NCBI GenBank assembly: GCA_016748015.1
Contig: JAAOMT010000312.1
Span: 46,743 to 110,742 of the forward strand
Length of the DNA stretch: 64,000 nt
Reading direction: 5' to 3'
Source: Geosiphon pyriformis uo1
Taxonomy: Eukaryota; Fungi; Glomeromycota
This document shows positions 37,268 through 50,276 of the stretch, one piece after another. Every line of letters begins with the position of its first letter. The stretch's first letter is position 1. Under the pieces are notes generated by a model, which did no database searches, was not told the DNA's origin, and saw only the letters and a list, made by a program, of their open reading frames with translations. The position numbers and the translations under genes are program-made.

Positions 37268-39970
37268 TGTTATTAGAGGTTTTTGGTCTCTTTTTTTGAA
37301 TGTTGTTAATGTCTATTTGTTGTGAATTCATGTTTTCTGAAAGCTAATAAACCTCTGATAACTGAATTTATCTTCAAATTATCTCCTATAATTTGAATTA
37401 CTAGACTTATGAATAAAATAACCAATTCCATGCCAGTTACTTTGTGTAGTTACATTGTAGTAAATATTAACTTTTTCTCAAGAATTGCTTGTTTAGAAGT
37501 TCACTAAATGTGTAGTTATTTTGCTGTAAAAGTCAACTTTTTTACAGAAATCTTGTCTGTAGGCTACTCTAATAATTATAATAAAAAAATAAAAAAATAT
37601 AAAAAAAATAGAATTTTGTCAAGGAAAACGTTTTCTATTCAGACCTGAAATTACTAACAGATTACTGAAATTGGTAGCTAATCAATTTCAAAATATTAAT
37701 TGGGTTTTGAAAATTTCAAGTAAGATAATTAAAGATTGAGTTTTCAAATATTTTTATTTTTATTGATTTGTAAAAATATGTAAGGGATAATTGCTTTTAA
37801 TTAAAATATTTAATAGAAGATAAGATATATTTTTTTGGAGAAAAAAACTCTTCTTTTATGTAACTTGTTATAGTACTAGTCTTTGAACTTGCATTTTTCT
37901 CTTTGCTATAATTTTGACAAACTAAAAATACATTTTGGCAAACTACAAGTTATTTCTACAAACTATTAATTATTTCGGCCAATTTCTACTAATTTCGGTG
38001 AATTTTTGAATATTAAATGGTTTAGGGTATTGTGTAATTTGGTTATTTTAATTTCTATAATTAGGTTATTAATTGAATAGTAAGATTCAATAATTTGATT
38101 AACTAATAAATAATAATTAAAATAATAATAATAAATATTAATTAATACTAGGAATTAGAAAAATAATTTTATGCTAATTAATAGCTAAAATTCTATTGAT
38201 AACATAATTTTTTTCTCAAAACTAAGCTTTGTTAAAGTCCAAGTACTATCTGTAATATTAATATAGTAGTCCAAAATAATTGAAGTGATTTGATCTAAAA
38301 ATTGTTAAAATTTCAGTTTTGTGAGCTTTTCAATATACTGAATCTTTATTGAGTAAAATATTAGATTTTGTAGAATGTTTTCACAAGTATTGAATAAATT
38401 TTAGAGTTTAAATGTTGCTCTAAGTTTATAATAAGTATTTGTTGATCCAGCTGCTGTCTTGAATTCATAGTAAATTTGTTTTTATATAGCTTTAAAAGTA
38501 ATATTTGTTGCTTCCAGTTCTATTTTTTATTCATATAATGTTTTTTCAATATAAAAATATCTATAGATAAGGGTATGTTTATTGTTTTGTTCATTAAGAA
38601 ATAGTATAAGTTTTTGTTGGATTGTGATATTTGGTAAAATGTTAATAGGAATGAATAAAAGGTTTTTTTTAAAGCTTGCTTTAAAAGTTCTGGTAATTGA
38701 ATTCCAGAATAACTTCTTGTTTTTTTTCTATAAAAGTAATAATTTTGCAAATTATTTACTATTGAAACTGTGGTTTTTTTCTAAATGTAATTAATTTAAC
38801 TTTTATTAATTGTTATAGATAAGCCTAGAAGTGTTTTCAAAGCTAACATTAATTTCTAGGATATTTGTTGAATATTTTAGAGAATAATTATGATAAAAAT
38901 GACTAATTAAGAATAAAAAATTTTGAAAAAAATTTGAAAAAAATAAAGAAATTATTTTTGGGTATAGAAGTTTTATATGTTTTTTTTTGGTTTAAGTATT
39001 TTTTGTAATTATTTACTATTTTTGTTTTATGTTTGTATATTATTAAAAAAGTTATAATGCTAAATTTAAGTGTTTTAAGTTTAGTTGTTATTCTATTACA
39101 ACTATTGGTTTTAAGTTTCAGAAAATATCTTTGGGATTAATTAAAAAAAAATATGTACTAATTTGTAAAATTAATAATTCAGGATGATTTCTAGAATAAT
39201 AGTGTTTCAATCAATTTCTATGTACAACTTTTGCTAAAACTTTGTCATCAAGTTTTAACTTATAAGATTTATTGTCTAAAATTTTATGAATATAAAATGG
39301 TCTATCTTATTTATGTTTAAATTTTCTACTCTATTGTTTTTCAGTCTTAGTTTTGTGTAAGAAAACTTTATTTTTAATTTTAAATTTATTGGTGATTGGT
39401 AGCTAGTAGCAGTTTATTGTTATGTCATTCTTTTTGTTAAGCTTGAGAGTGTTCAATATGGGTGGCTACAATTTATTATTTCTTTTCTAATGTATTAAAA
39501 AGAGTATAAGCTCTTTGTTGAAGTGTTTTTTGAAAGTTTTTTTCAGTAATTGGTTGGATTAAATATGTTTTTACTGTAAAATTGATTGGTAATATTGCTG
39601 TTTTTTTATAAGTCAAATTAAATAGTATGTGCTTTGTTGTATCTTGTTTTAATGTTCTGTATACTAATAATACTAATAAAATAAAGATATCTTATTCTTG
39701 TTTAAAGTCAGTTGAGACTTTGATAATTCATATAATATTCTGTTAAAATGTTTTATTAATTTATTTGTTTATAGATAATATGATGAAAATAGAAGTTATT
39801 TAACATTAAACTATTTACAAATTTCTTGTATCAAATTATTTACAAAATATGTTTCTTGATTGAATAAGAGTTCAATTAGGCATTTATGTCTACAAATAAT
39901 GTTTTTATAGATAAAATTTGCTACTGATTTTGCATCTGTTCTTTGGATGACTTTGGCTTTGAACCATTTA
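37268..39970 (-). mobile_element. Truncated second copy of family A (3' LTR 37268-38204, 3' ORF, integrase C-terminal half)
   Basis: Reverse complement aligns to ~26290-29004; breaks at the KW.EAK motif of integrase. Confidence 0.85.
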
Positions 39971-41888
39971 ATAATTAATAAAAATTATGAATTTTAATTA
40001 TAACAATGCTTTTATATACAACATAAATCTTATTACTTGTAAAAAATTGTTAAAATTTTATATTATTGTATAAAAGTTTTTGTATAATACTGTTAACTTT
40101 TTATTTTGTATTTTGTACTTATTTTTATTAGATATTTATAATAATATATTATATATAACTTTGTGTAAAAGCTTATGTTTAGAAATTAATTGCTTAAAAT
40201 TTGTTTAGTTTTTAATAATAATATAATTATTATTTAAAAATAATTAATTTTGTTTGTAGTATTATTATTAATTATTATATTAATATGTAATTAGTTAAAT
40301 TTAATTATAAATTTATTTTAAAAAAATATAAAGTTTTAATAAACAATAATTTTTTTTATAATTTATAATTTATTTGTTTTATTATTAAACAATATTATTT
40401 ATATGCTTAATGTTTGTAAAATATTTGGAATTTTATTTGATATATATTTTTTATATTTATTCTATTTTAATATAAAAGATAATAAAAGTATATTAATAAA
40501 TTTATAATATTGTCTTAATTGGTTTAAATAGCTAATTATATATAATAAATATGTAATTTATATTTAGTTTAAAACACTTGATTGTTATATTGTTTTAAAT
40601 AATAAATAAGTTTTACTTAATAAACTAATAAAAAACAAACATAGTAATTGTTTTTTAAATTTAATAAAAAATATGTAAATATTAAAAAACAATTTTATTT
40701 AAAAATTAAAAACTATTATAATAAAGTTTTTTAATATAAAATATTATTTAAAATAAAATTACTAAATTAAATTAATAAAAAATATTAAAACAAAATATAC
40801 ATGCTAAAGTTAAATTTAATTTATTATATTAATCATATTTAAAAAAAAGTATTTATAATTATATTAAAAACTAATAAAATTTTAATAATATATTTTAATA
40901 TAACATATTTTCGAAAAAATATTATATTATTATAAAATTTTTTTAATAATTTATTTAAATTATTTAAATTAATAAATTAATCAATAAGAAACATAAAATC
41001 TATATTATTATATATATATTAGAATTAATGTTTATTAATTTTTTATTTTTAATATTTATTATTATTATATTTTATTTTATTTTATTTTTTAATTACTTAA
41101 ATACAAATGAATATAGCATTGAATCTGAGTTATATTTATGAACTTTATTTTGTAAATTAAATGTACAATTAAATTTTAAGCTCTAACATATATTGATATT
41201 ATCAAAACAAAATTTCTAAATATTATGTTTTCTTCAACATTTTTGATTTTCATTTTACATATTCTATCATTCTCATACTATATAAAACATCAAATGAATA
41301 TTTGTTTTTGACAGATTTCTACACAACTTTGGGATAAATTGTTTTTTGCATCTATAAGTTTAGTTGTTTTAATTGTAAATTCATCATCCCAAAAAACTGC
41401 AAAAGTTTATATACTTACCAATTTGCTCATCATTATGTCATATAACCGGATTTACTTTTTCTATGAGCAAACAGTAACTAAGCAAATAGAAACTATTACG
41501 AGAATCGAAGGATTGCCTTGCAAAGAGAAAAGCAATGCTCAATTTTTAAAAGCATGAATGATTACAGATTCTTTTAGTCACCTTACACATTCCTTCATAG
41601 TCATCTTACACATACCTTTACAAAACGTTAAAAAAATCTGAGTTCAATTTAAGTAAATTCGAACACCTGGCAATTAAAATAAAACTTTCTGATATAAAGC
41701 TGAAGCATCGCTGCCTCTAATAATTCTCCGTTCTATATTAATTATTTACTATTTTACAAAGCTTTTTAGAACTTAAACAAATAAGTGAAAAGTTCAAACC
41801 TCTTTTGGTTTTATAATGTAGTTAGATTTAACCGTCCGTACAAACAACCCATGTCTGCCATAAATCATCAAATTTTTGCGGGTGAAAT

Positions 41889-44800
41889 TTAAAGGCAAAG
41901 AGGTAAAATATGAAAGGGTCGAACTGGTTTGGTTTCTTCTAGAGCCAAAGCATGCCAGAAACAATCTTTGGTTTGTTGGATCCGATTAGTAGCTTCACAA
42001 GCTTTTCCTAGATAAAACCTAAAAAAAGAATCATCAATGTTTATCAATAATCAAATTGGTGATCAGATTAATTCATAGTTAAATACTAAGCACCATACCA
42101 AGCTTCGGGACAATCCCAACCATTCCCTTTGGTAATACTTTCGAGGACACCTTTACCAAGTTCTATCTCTCCCATAATCAAGTAGGTTCGGCCTAGGTGC
42201 ACTAAACTTGGGACGTGTAGGGTATCCAGGGAGAGGGCTTTATGAAATGAAGTGATGGCCAAAGGGTAATTCGATTGACAGAAATGGTAGAGACCAAGCT
42301 GATAAATCATTATGTTTAGGATTATATTAGAAGTTGAAATCCCTTCCTAATCTTTGCTCTAGTTTTGTTTCAACCCACCTGACACCAAATATCAGGATTA
42401 GCTCCATCAATTTCTTCAGCACATTCTAGAGCTTTTTGTGTTTCCTCTAAATTTCCTAGCCTTCGAAAAGACGATGCTGAAGCAAGCCATATGTCTGCTA
42501 ATGCCTTAGTGGCTCTTTTTCGTCGTTTTCGAACACTCAATGGTAGTTGTGAATAAGTATTAGAAGGTAATATTGATTTAATGGAACCTATACCACTTAT
42601 GGTTGGTGTGGGGCTACGACGAATGGATGAACTCGAATTTTTGGAAGATGCAATAGAAGAAGCATAATTCGCTTTTGGGACCTCTAATATTTTGACCCGA
42701 ATATATTGAGTTTTAATAGATGAATGATAAAAAAGTTTTAATTTTAATCAGTGATAATACCTATTATAATTACCTAATGTGTCCTTACTGTTACCAAAGC
42801 TTTGTACAGATCCATCGGAACTGGTGTTTTCTTCTTTCTTGTGTCGAAAATTAGAAAAGTTACGTGAACTTTTCGTTGAGAGAATCTTCGGGGTTTGTAT
42901 AACTAAGTTTTCATCACTCGTATCTTTTTTACGCACACCAATGCTCTCATAAACAGATCCAGTCGGGGATATGGTATTATCGGGAAAAATTTTCCCGTAG
43001 AGCTTAAAAAGCTCTTGGTGATTCTGAATCGCTGCCTCTGGCCCTTGTGCAAGTTCTAACAGTGAACATCGAGTCATTTTAAAGGAGAAAAATTCTTCTC
43101 CATCATCATTACCGATTGCGGTCAAAGTTTCATAATCAACAGAAAAATCAGCTGTTTCCCATAATGATTTTTTAGCAGCAGCTTCACACGTCTTTAATGC
43201 ACCTTGAATGTCTTTCTTTGAAGAATATAGTAAAGCTAAGAGATGCCAACATGGAATATTAGAATTCTCCAAAACCAAAGCTTGCTGAACAGTGACAATC
43301 GCCTGCGTAATTTCATGGGTGATAGCATATTCAAGAGCAAGTTGATAGTGTGCTTCGAAATATTCTGGATCTATTTCGATTGAGTTTTTAAATGCGGTGA
43401 TAGCTTTTTCATGAAGATTAGGCCTTGTCTCTGAATCAGTGGCTTTGATCAAAATCATATTAATGAATTAGAATGTAAGATCATAGCTTTTTTACTACGC
43501 ATGTATTGATTGAAACCTTCCAACAGATTTTTTGTCCTGACCTTCTATTGCCAATAATTTATAACCTACTCCAACGCATCGCCAGATTTGGGCTAACAGT
43601 TTTGTATCTATTTTTGATTCATCTTCATGGTATAATTTTAATGCTTTTTCAGCATACTCAAGAGCTTTCGTGGACTAAAGATTGATTCAATAATTTAGAT
43701 TTATGGGTGATAATGTCGGGGAACTAAAGAAACTTACGTTTTTCAAATATTTTCCCATGAGATCCACCCCCCTTAATAGTGTACGGACGGCATCTGGCGT
43801 AGTTTCAATTTCGACGGCTTTAGAATCGTAAGGGTTTGAGTTATATAGCGTTTGCTCTATTTCTTTCTTTTGAATCTCTTTTGTTTTCTCTACCATTGCG
43901 ATGTATGCGCTTAAAGCCAATTCAGCTTCCTCATATTCACCCATAGTAATTAAGGTATTGAGAAGATGCCGTAATATTCGTGGCGAATGAAAAGTCATTT
44001 CCGCTGCGCGGTAAAGCATCTGGAAAATTTTCCATCTAGCATGTTCAATCATGCCTTTTCAATGTATGAAGGAGAAGCAGTGCACATGATATCGTTTCGC
44101 GTAAATAGTCGCGCGCTATCCTATCGCGTTTGAAAAAAGACGAACAAGGAGAAAATATATAAGGAAATGCACGATATTTTCTTGCACCCTAACCAAGTAC
44201 AAACTTGATTCTAATCGAAAGGGTTAACCTTAGAGTGCAAGAACAACATCCATCTTGCATTATCCTTTAAATTTTTAATATATTTTCACCTATGTTCCCT
44301 TTAACAAAATATTTCAAAAAATACTCTACCTCGACAACACTTCGCATTTCTGAAGTTTTTCCATAGCCAACTAATGCCCAATCTGACATAACTTGATCAA
44401 CCATTTCCAATACACGCCAATTTACCTCCCCCGCTTTAGGAAAAGAGGTAAGTTTATATAAGACATTTTCATATTGTGTGTGTATCTCAGTCAGCTCACT
44501 ACGAAAGGTGTGAGGCGTCAAAAGTGAGGAACTCCCGCTGATGAAATGCAAAATTAAGGGGAATGAACAAAATCAGGAGATCAAGAAAAATAAGAATTAT
44601 GATAACCCAATAAATCTTTTTCACGCACTTTAGGGAAAACGTTTCAGATATACTTGGAGGTACATAAGTACCCTCTTGATAAGTTTTTGAAAGAAATTTG
44701 ATGAAATTTCGATAAATAATTGCTTTTTTGTTGAGCTGAAATTTGTCCCAAATTGCAGCGTATAATTGATACGTGCGAAAAGCCTCCAGTGCCCCATTGG

Positions 44801-45926
44801 TATCCCTATAAAGTATAAAACACTTGAAGTTAGAAAAATGAGACGAAAATTATAATGGTTTGGAAATTTTATTGACCATGAATTTACCCTACTCGCACTT
44901 TGAGCAACGCAACGCGATATAATGCCTCTTCAGCCCAATAAATTAATTGTTCAGGTTGCTCAGAACTTCTCTGTCCCAATAATTTCACAACCTCATCGTA
45001 ACATCTTATAGCTTGATCTAATTTGCCGATCATCTCCAGAGCTGTCCCTATAATTTTATGTAAATTCATAGGTTAAATATATCGCAATCAGATAAATATC
45101 GCGATTTCCTAACCTTTGATTGTCAAGCCTTGTATTAATAATACAAAACTATATCCGGGAGAAACCTTGGAAGGAATAAAAGAGGCATTCAAAGTATTCA
45201 AACATCTGGCGTAGGCTCCTGTTACAAAATATGCACGTCCAAGTACAATGGAGGCATACTGTTGATTTTTGTATAATTGGAGAAATATAAACAATCCCTC
45301 TCCCACAAAAGAATTAAATGATCAACGGATCAAAAAATAAAGCCGAGAAATATCTGACCTTTTTATCATCACCCTCAGCACACACAATCGCTATATCCAA
45401 TTTCTCAAAAACTTCAGTTATTCTTGATCCATCGACAATCGGCCCAACGGAAATTTGATCAGGATCATCATTATTATAGACTTCAGATGTAGAGGAAGTT
45501 TCGTTCTCGGTTTTTTGGATTGCTAGAACCAGAGATAATTCGGCCAATGCTGTGTGCTCAAGAACTGTGCCAAAGGTTATTAAGATTTTAATTCATACTA
45601 TCTTGAGTATCGCCTATAAAAATAATAGGAATCGTCTATCACAAGTGACAGACAACTCGGCTAAAACATCAAAAGCTTTCAACATGCCTATTCCCTCCGG
45701 CTTATGCTTTCGATACTTGCGCGCCATTTCTTTGATTTCGCTCCAGTTTCCTTTTTAGTAATATTTTATGCAAATAACCGCATGTAATTGAGATAAAAAT
45801 TTAATTTAGCTTTTCAAGAATGCCAATCGGTAACAGAATTATCGCTTATGAGACAGCATCTGCACCTTTGCAACGAGCCTCATCAAGCCTTTTTTCCCAA
45901 AGTTGAGCTTTGACTGGGTTTGGCAT
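41889..45926 (-). CDS. YPP1: YPP1/TTC7-like TPR scaffold (PI4-kinase Stt4/PI4KA complex subunit), multi-exon
   Basis: MPNPVKAQLWEKRLDEARCKG|NWSEIKEMARKYRKH; multiple TPR exons (43458-42748 etc.); ADIWLASASSFRRLG; C-terminus ALALEETKPVRPFHILPLCL*. Short introns, CpG retained, no decay. Confidence 0.85.
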
Positions 45927-46643
45927 TTTTCGAAGTTAGCTTAATAATTTACGCTTAGGAATGACGAATTTTAGCAAATAAAATAGCTGATGATGCAACA
46001 AAAAGATACAAATTTAGAACTCTGGTTTTACAGTTGTTATTGCAACTGCTGTTATTTTTAACCTCGAAAATAATATTTACTTTTGATTTTAAGATATTAT
46101 AATATTTGGTTTTTAAAAAACTGAATTTGTATTATTTATATTTGATAATGAATAAAAATAATTTATAATTGTAATTTTTATAAAAAAAACAAATTTAAAA
46201 TAATGTATATTAAATTAATGTTTAATTTTTTACATAATATAAATTTTATTTTTTAAAAATATGAATTTAATTAGTAAAAATCTTAATTATAAATGAATAA
46301 AATTATGTTTAATATATTATCATTTAATAAAAACAATATAATTTCTTTAATTATTGGTTATTACTTTAATTAATTATGTCTTTTATTAATATTTAAAAAA
46401 TAAAAATATATTAAACTTTTTAATTTTTGAAAATTTTGAGCATTTTTAATATTTTAAGATATAAACGTATATATATATTATTAAAAATTAAAAAAATGCT
46501 ATGTATAATGCATTTATGTACTTTTTTAAAATTAAAAATTCCACCAGAAATTTTGGCCAAGAAAGACTATTCAAGCATTTCCGAAACCATTACCCCTCGA
46601 CAAAGCAAAAAATAAATTGACCCTAAAGTTTAATAAACATGTT

Positions 46644-48066
46644 TCACTTAGGCTTTCTTAATTTAGGTGGTGCATTGATATCAACAACTTTAGCCAAAGT
46701 GCGATTGGGTAAGAAAAGCGCACCATCCCCCCATAAACGCTTAGCAATGATCGCTATATTTCTTGTATCATCGATTCCTGAATGAGGACGTCCTTCGAAT
46801 TGCAAACCATAACGCGCTAACATGCCATCAATGTTAAATTTCTCACAATTATAGAAATGTGCAAACAATGCTCTTAGATCTACCCATGGAAGCGAAAAAT
46901 ATGAAGGCCGTGGGATTCCGGAAATTTTGCATTGTTTGCGAACGAAATCACGTATGTCCCATGGACCTAATTGTGCACTAATAATGAGCTATGATATTCA
47001 GGGCCAAGTAAAATTTATGACAAAAATCATGCATTTACCATCTGTTATGAATGCGCAGCTTTTCCCGTAGAATAGCTAAAGCAAACCAGAGTTACCATGT
47101 TAGTGAATTGACACCAGTTAACAAACAGATCAGAGAGAAAAAGTGCGTGATACTTGATATCGGTGTAGGAATACTTGAAATTCAGTTAGCATTTCGGGAA
47201 AAAGCGGGCTTGCGTCCACAGTGGTCTTAAGAGAAAACAAGAATTTCAACCTTAGAGTGTTTAAATTCGCACCCCATCATAAAACTAATTACCTGCGGTA
47301 TTCCTGTAAGTTTTTTGCAAAACTCGGTCAACTTGGGTTTAACGCTGGGTTTTACATAAGAATGAAAGACGTCAACCTGAAAATAAGAATTTTGATATTA
47401 CACATAAATAAGAATGGACCTTAAGTATTTATTAAACTCAAAATTACTTACGATATTGAAAGTATTGCTCTCTATCAAGAGGACGGGGAATTCTATAATT
47501 TCATGCGAGTAGTTGAAAGTACCCCCTTCTTCACATGTTGCTTCGACATCAAAGCACAAGTAATAGTCAAAGGGTTGAGGCTTTGGATTTCTGGAGCAAT
47601 CGGATAATTAGGAATTTCAGTGGTTCAATTTCTTCACCGGAAAGAAGTTGAAAATTTTAAAAACCTACGGTTTTGAGGATGTGAAGAATTGAGTGATTGG
47701 TTTAGCATCTTTTTCTGTTTCCTGAGTTGATGAGGCTGGGGTGTCACTGACAGGCAACGTACTTGTCTGAGCTGTACTTTCATATTCCTTGAAAACCTTA
47801 GGTGTTACAGGCTCAACTTCTATGTCTCCAATTAGCGAGACATATGCATTGTTCTGCCAAGGCTCTCGTTGTATGTGTGTTAAATAATGTTTCAACCGTT
47901 TCTTTAACACGCTTTTGTGTCCACGTGGGTCCAGGCCCAGCGCGGAAAGTTGAGCTCGCAGGACTTCCACGGAAATAGTGTTGGAGGTCGTATAAGTTGT
48001 TTGCCACGAGGTCATAATTAGGGGACGAACAAACGCTGAGGTCAAGGGCACCTTTCTGAGAATCAT
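46644..48066 (-). CDS. ERI1: ERI1-like 3'-5' exoribonuclease (SAP domain + DEDDh), multi-exon
   Basis: SAP: VEVLRAQLSALGLDPRGHKSVLKKRL; PFDYYLCFDVEATCE...HEIIEFPV; FITDGPWDIRDF; GLQFEGRPHSGIDDTRNIA. Confidence 0.9.
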
Positions 48067-49149
48067 AATAAATATTACGTGAAGAAGTTTTATAAATAAT
48101 TTTATCAATTTAATCAATTATTTTTTTTTCATTTGCAATACCAATCAATTATTTTAAACAAAAAAAATATTCTAACCAATATATATATATTTTAACATTA
48201 TTACTATTTAAGTAAAATGATTTATTCAATCAAAAGTTAAAGTTGATTTTTTTATAAGTAGTTTTAATTCGGCCAAATTAATTAATTATTAAAATAATAA
48301 TGTAATGACAAAATTATATATAATCAAATATATTAACAATTTATTAATTTAATTTTAAAAAATATTATCAAAAAACAATTTCTTTAATATAAGTTATTTT
48401 AATATTTACAGTTTTATTAGACATCAAAGTAAAGGCTATTTATCCAAAAAACTTTTAATAATTAGCAATAATTTTTAAATATTATCAAAATCAACAATAT
48501 TACCAAAAAACAAAAAAGTGCTTAATTATTATTTTATTAATCTAATTTTTAAAATTAAAACTAAATTTGTACATAAATATATAACTTGTTTTGTTTTTAT
48601 AACTGGCAAAAATTAATTGAAATTTAATATATTAAACAATTTAATTAAACCCAATTTTGCAAATGTGTTATTATTGTTATTATTTACAATAAAAAGAAGA
48701 TTATTGTTTACAGCAAAATTAAAATTAGATATTATAATTGGTAATAAAATTAATAAAAACATTAAAAAAGCCAAAAAATTATATATTTTAAATCAAAAAT
48801 AGTAATTTAAAAAATATTAAAAAAAAATTTTTTTTAACTATTTTGGCTTTTAAACTATTTAAATAGCAAAAAATATTGAAAATAAAAAATAACAATATTA
48901 TATTATAGATTAATACAGCCAAAAAAGATAAAATTAATATTAAAATATTTATAAATATTATTAATTTATTTTAAAGTAATAAAAAAATTAAATAAACTTA
49001 AAAACATTTATAAATTATTGTAATTAACAATAATTAATAAATTAATATAAAAATATAATAAAACAATTATAATATAAATAAATTAAATTATATATAATTA
49101 TTATAATATTAATATAATATTAAATAATAATATAAAAATAAAAATAAAA

Positions 49150-50276
49150 TAACTTTTTTTCTTGTTAATCTCTTGATTACAACAAAAACATAAAGTTGCT
49201 AAAAAAATAGCTTTTTTTATTCTTTTTTTTTTTTAGTTATTTCTTTTAACACATCTCTTTTTGTTGTAATAAAATCAGTAAGTTTATCTAATAGTGATTT
49301 TGGTTCTGGTTTGGCTAGTTTAAAGATCTGCTTAAGCATCAAAAAAATGTTTAAAGAATGTTTACTCTTATGATATATTTTATAAAAAGCTAAAAAAACC
49401 TGAAGCTAATAATAGCATAGTTAATTTATTAGCTGATTTTTTAAATCTAAAAGATATTATAAGCTCTATTGTTAAATTTGTAATGTTTTAGGAAAGCAAA
49501 GTTGGTAATATAACAAATAATATTAACAGTTTTTCAAATATAAAAAATATGAAAAACACAATTGCAGAAAAAACCAATTATACAGATTCAAATACTTCTG
49601 CAAATGATAAAAATATAAATAAAAATATGTCAAAAAAGACTTGTACTTAAATATATATATTAAAACACTTATTAAAAACACCTTTATTTAATAATTTAAA
49701 TAATAATAATAATATTTTAATACTTCTATCTTCTTAAGTTTGTTGGCTTTAAGCAATTGCTATTGGTTAAATTATGTGTTTTAAAAAAACAAAATTTTAA
49801 TATAAAATTTTTTGTATTAGATATTGAACTTTTTGCTATACCTAAGAAAACTTCTGGTAATAAATTGATAACTATAAAAAAAATTTTTATTGTGTAGATG
49901 GTTTTAAGAGAGCATTTATTTTCTTAAAATTTTTAGAAATTATTAAGTCATTTTTTATATTTAAATTAAGCTTAAAAAAGACTAAAAAAATAACAATCTG
50001 TAAGAAAATTTTGATTAATAATAATGTTAAAAAGATAAACAGTTATATAAATTAGGAAATAATTGTCAAAAAAATTCTAATAGATCTTCTTAAATTGGCT
50101 GTAAATTTAGTTTTCTCTAAATTTGGTAAAATTGTATTGATTAAGATACAGCTTATTAATCTTTGACAAAAAGCCTTAATTGAGTTTAAATTATCTAAAA
50201 TTGCTGGTTTGATAATATCTAAATAGTTAGTACTTATAGGTAAAGATTTTGTGTATGTAATATTAGCTATTAATAA
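49150..50276 (+). mobile_element. Decayed LINE 5' end/ORF1, cut by LTR at 50277
   Basis: + strand KIQLINL*QKALIEFK...LVLIGKDFVYV, homologous to remnant at 1-1171. Confidence 0.62.

Noticed and set aside
48400-48900. Possible decayed coding remnant (ORF 48617-48802)
   Set aside because: Too AT-degraded to assign; no motif I can defend.
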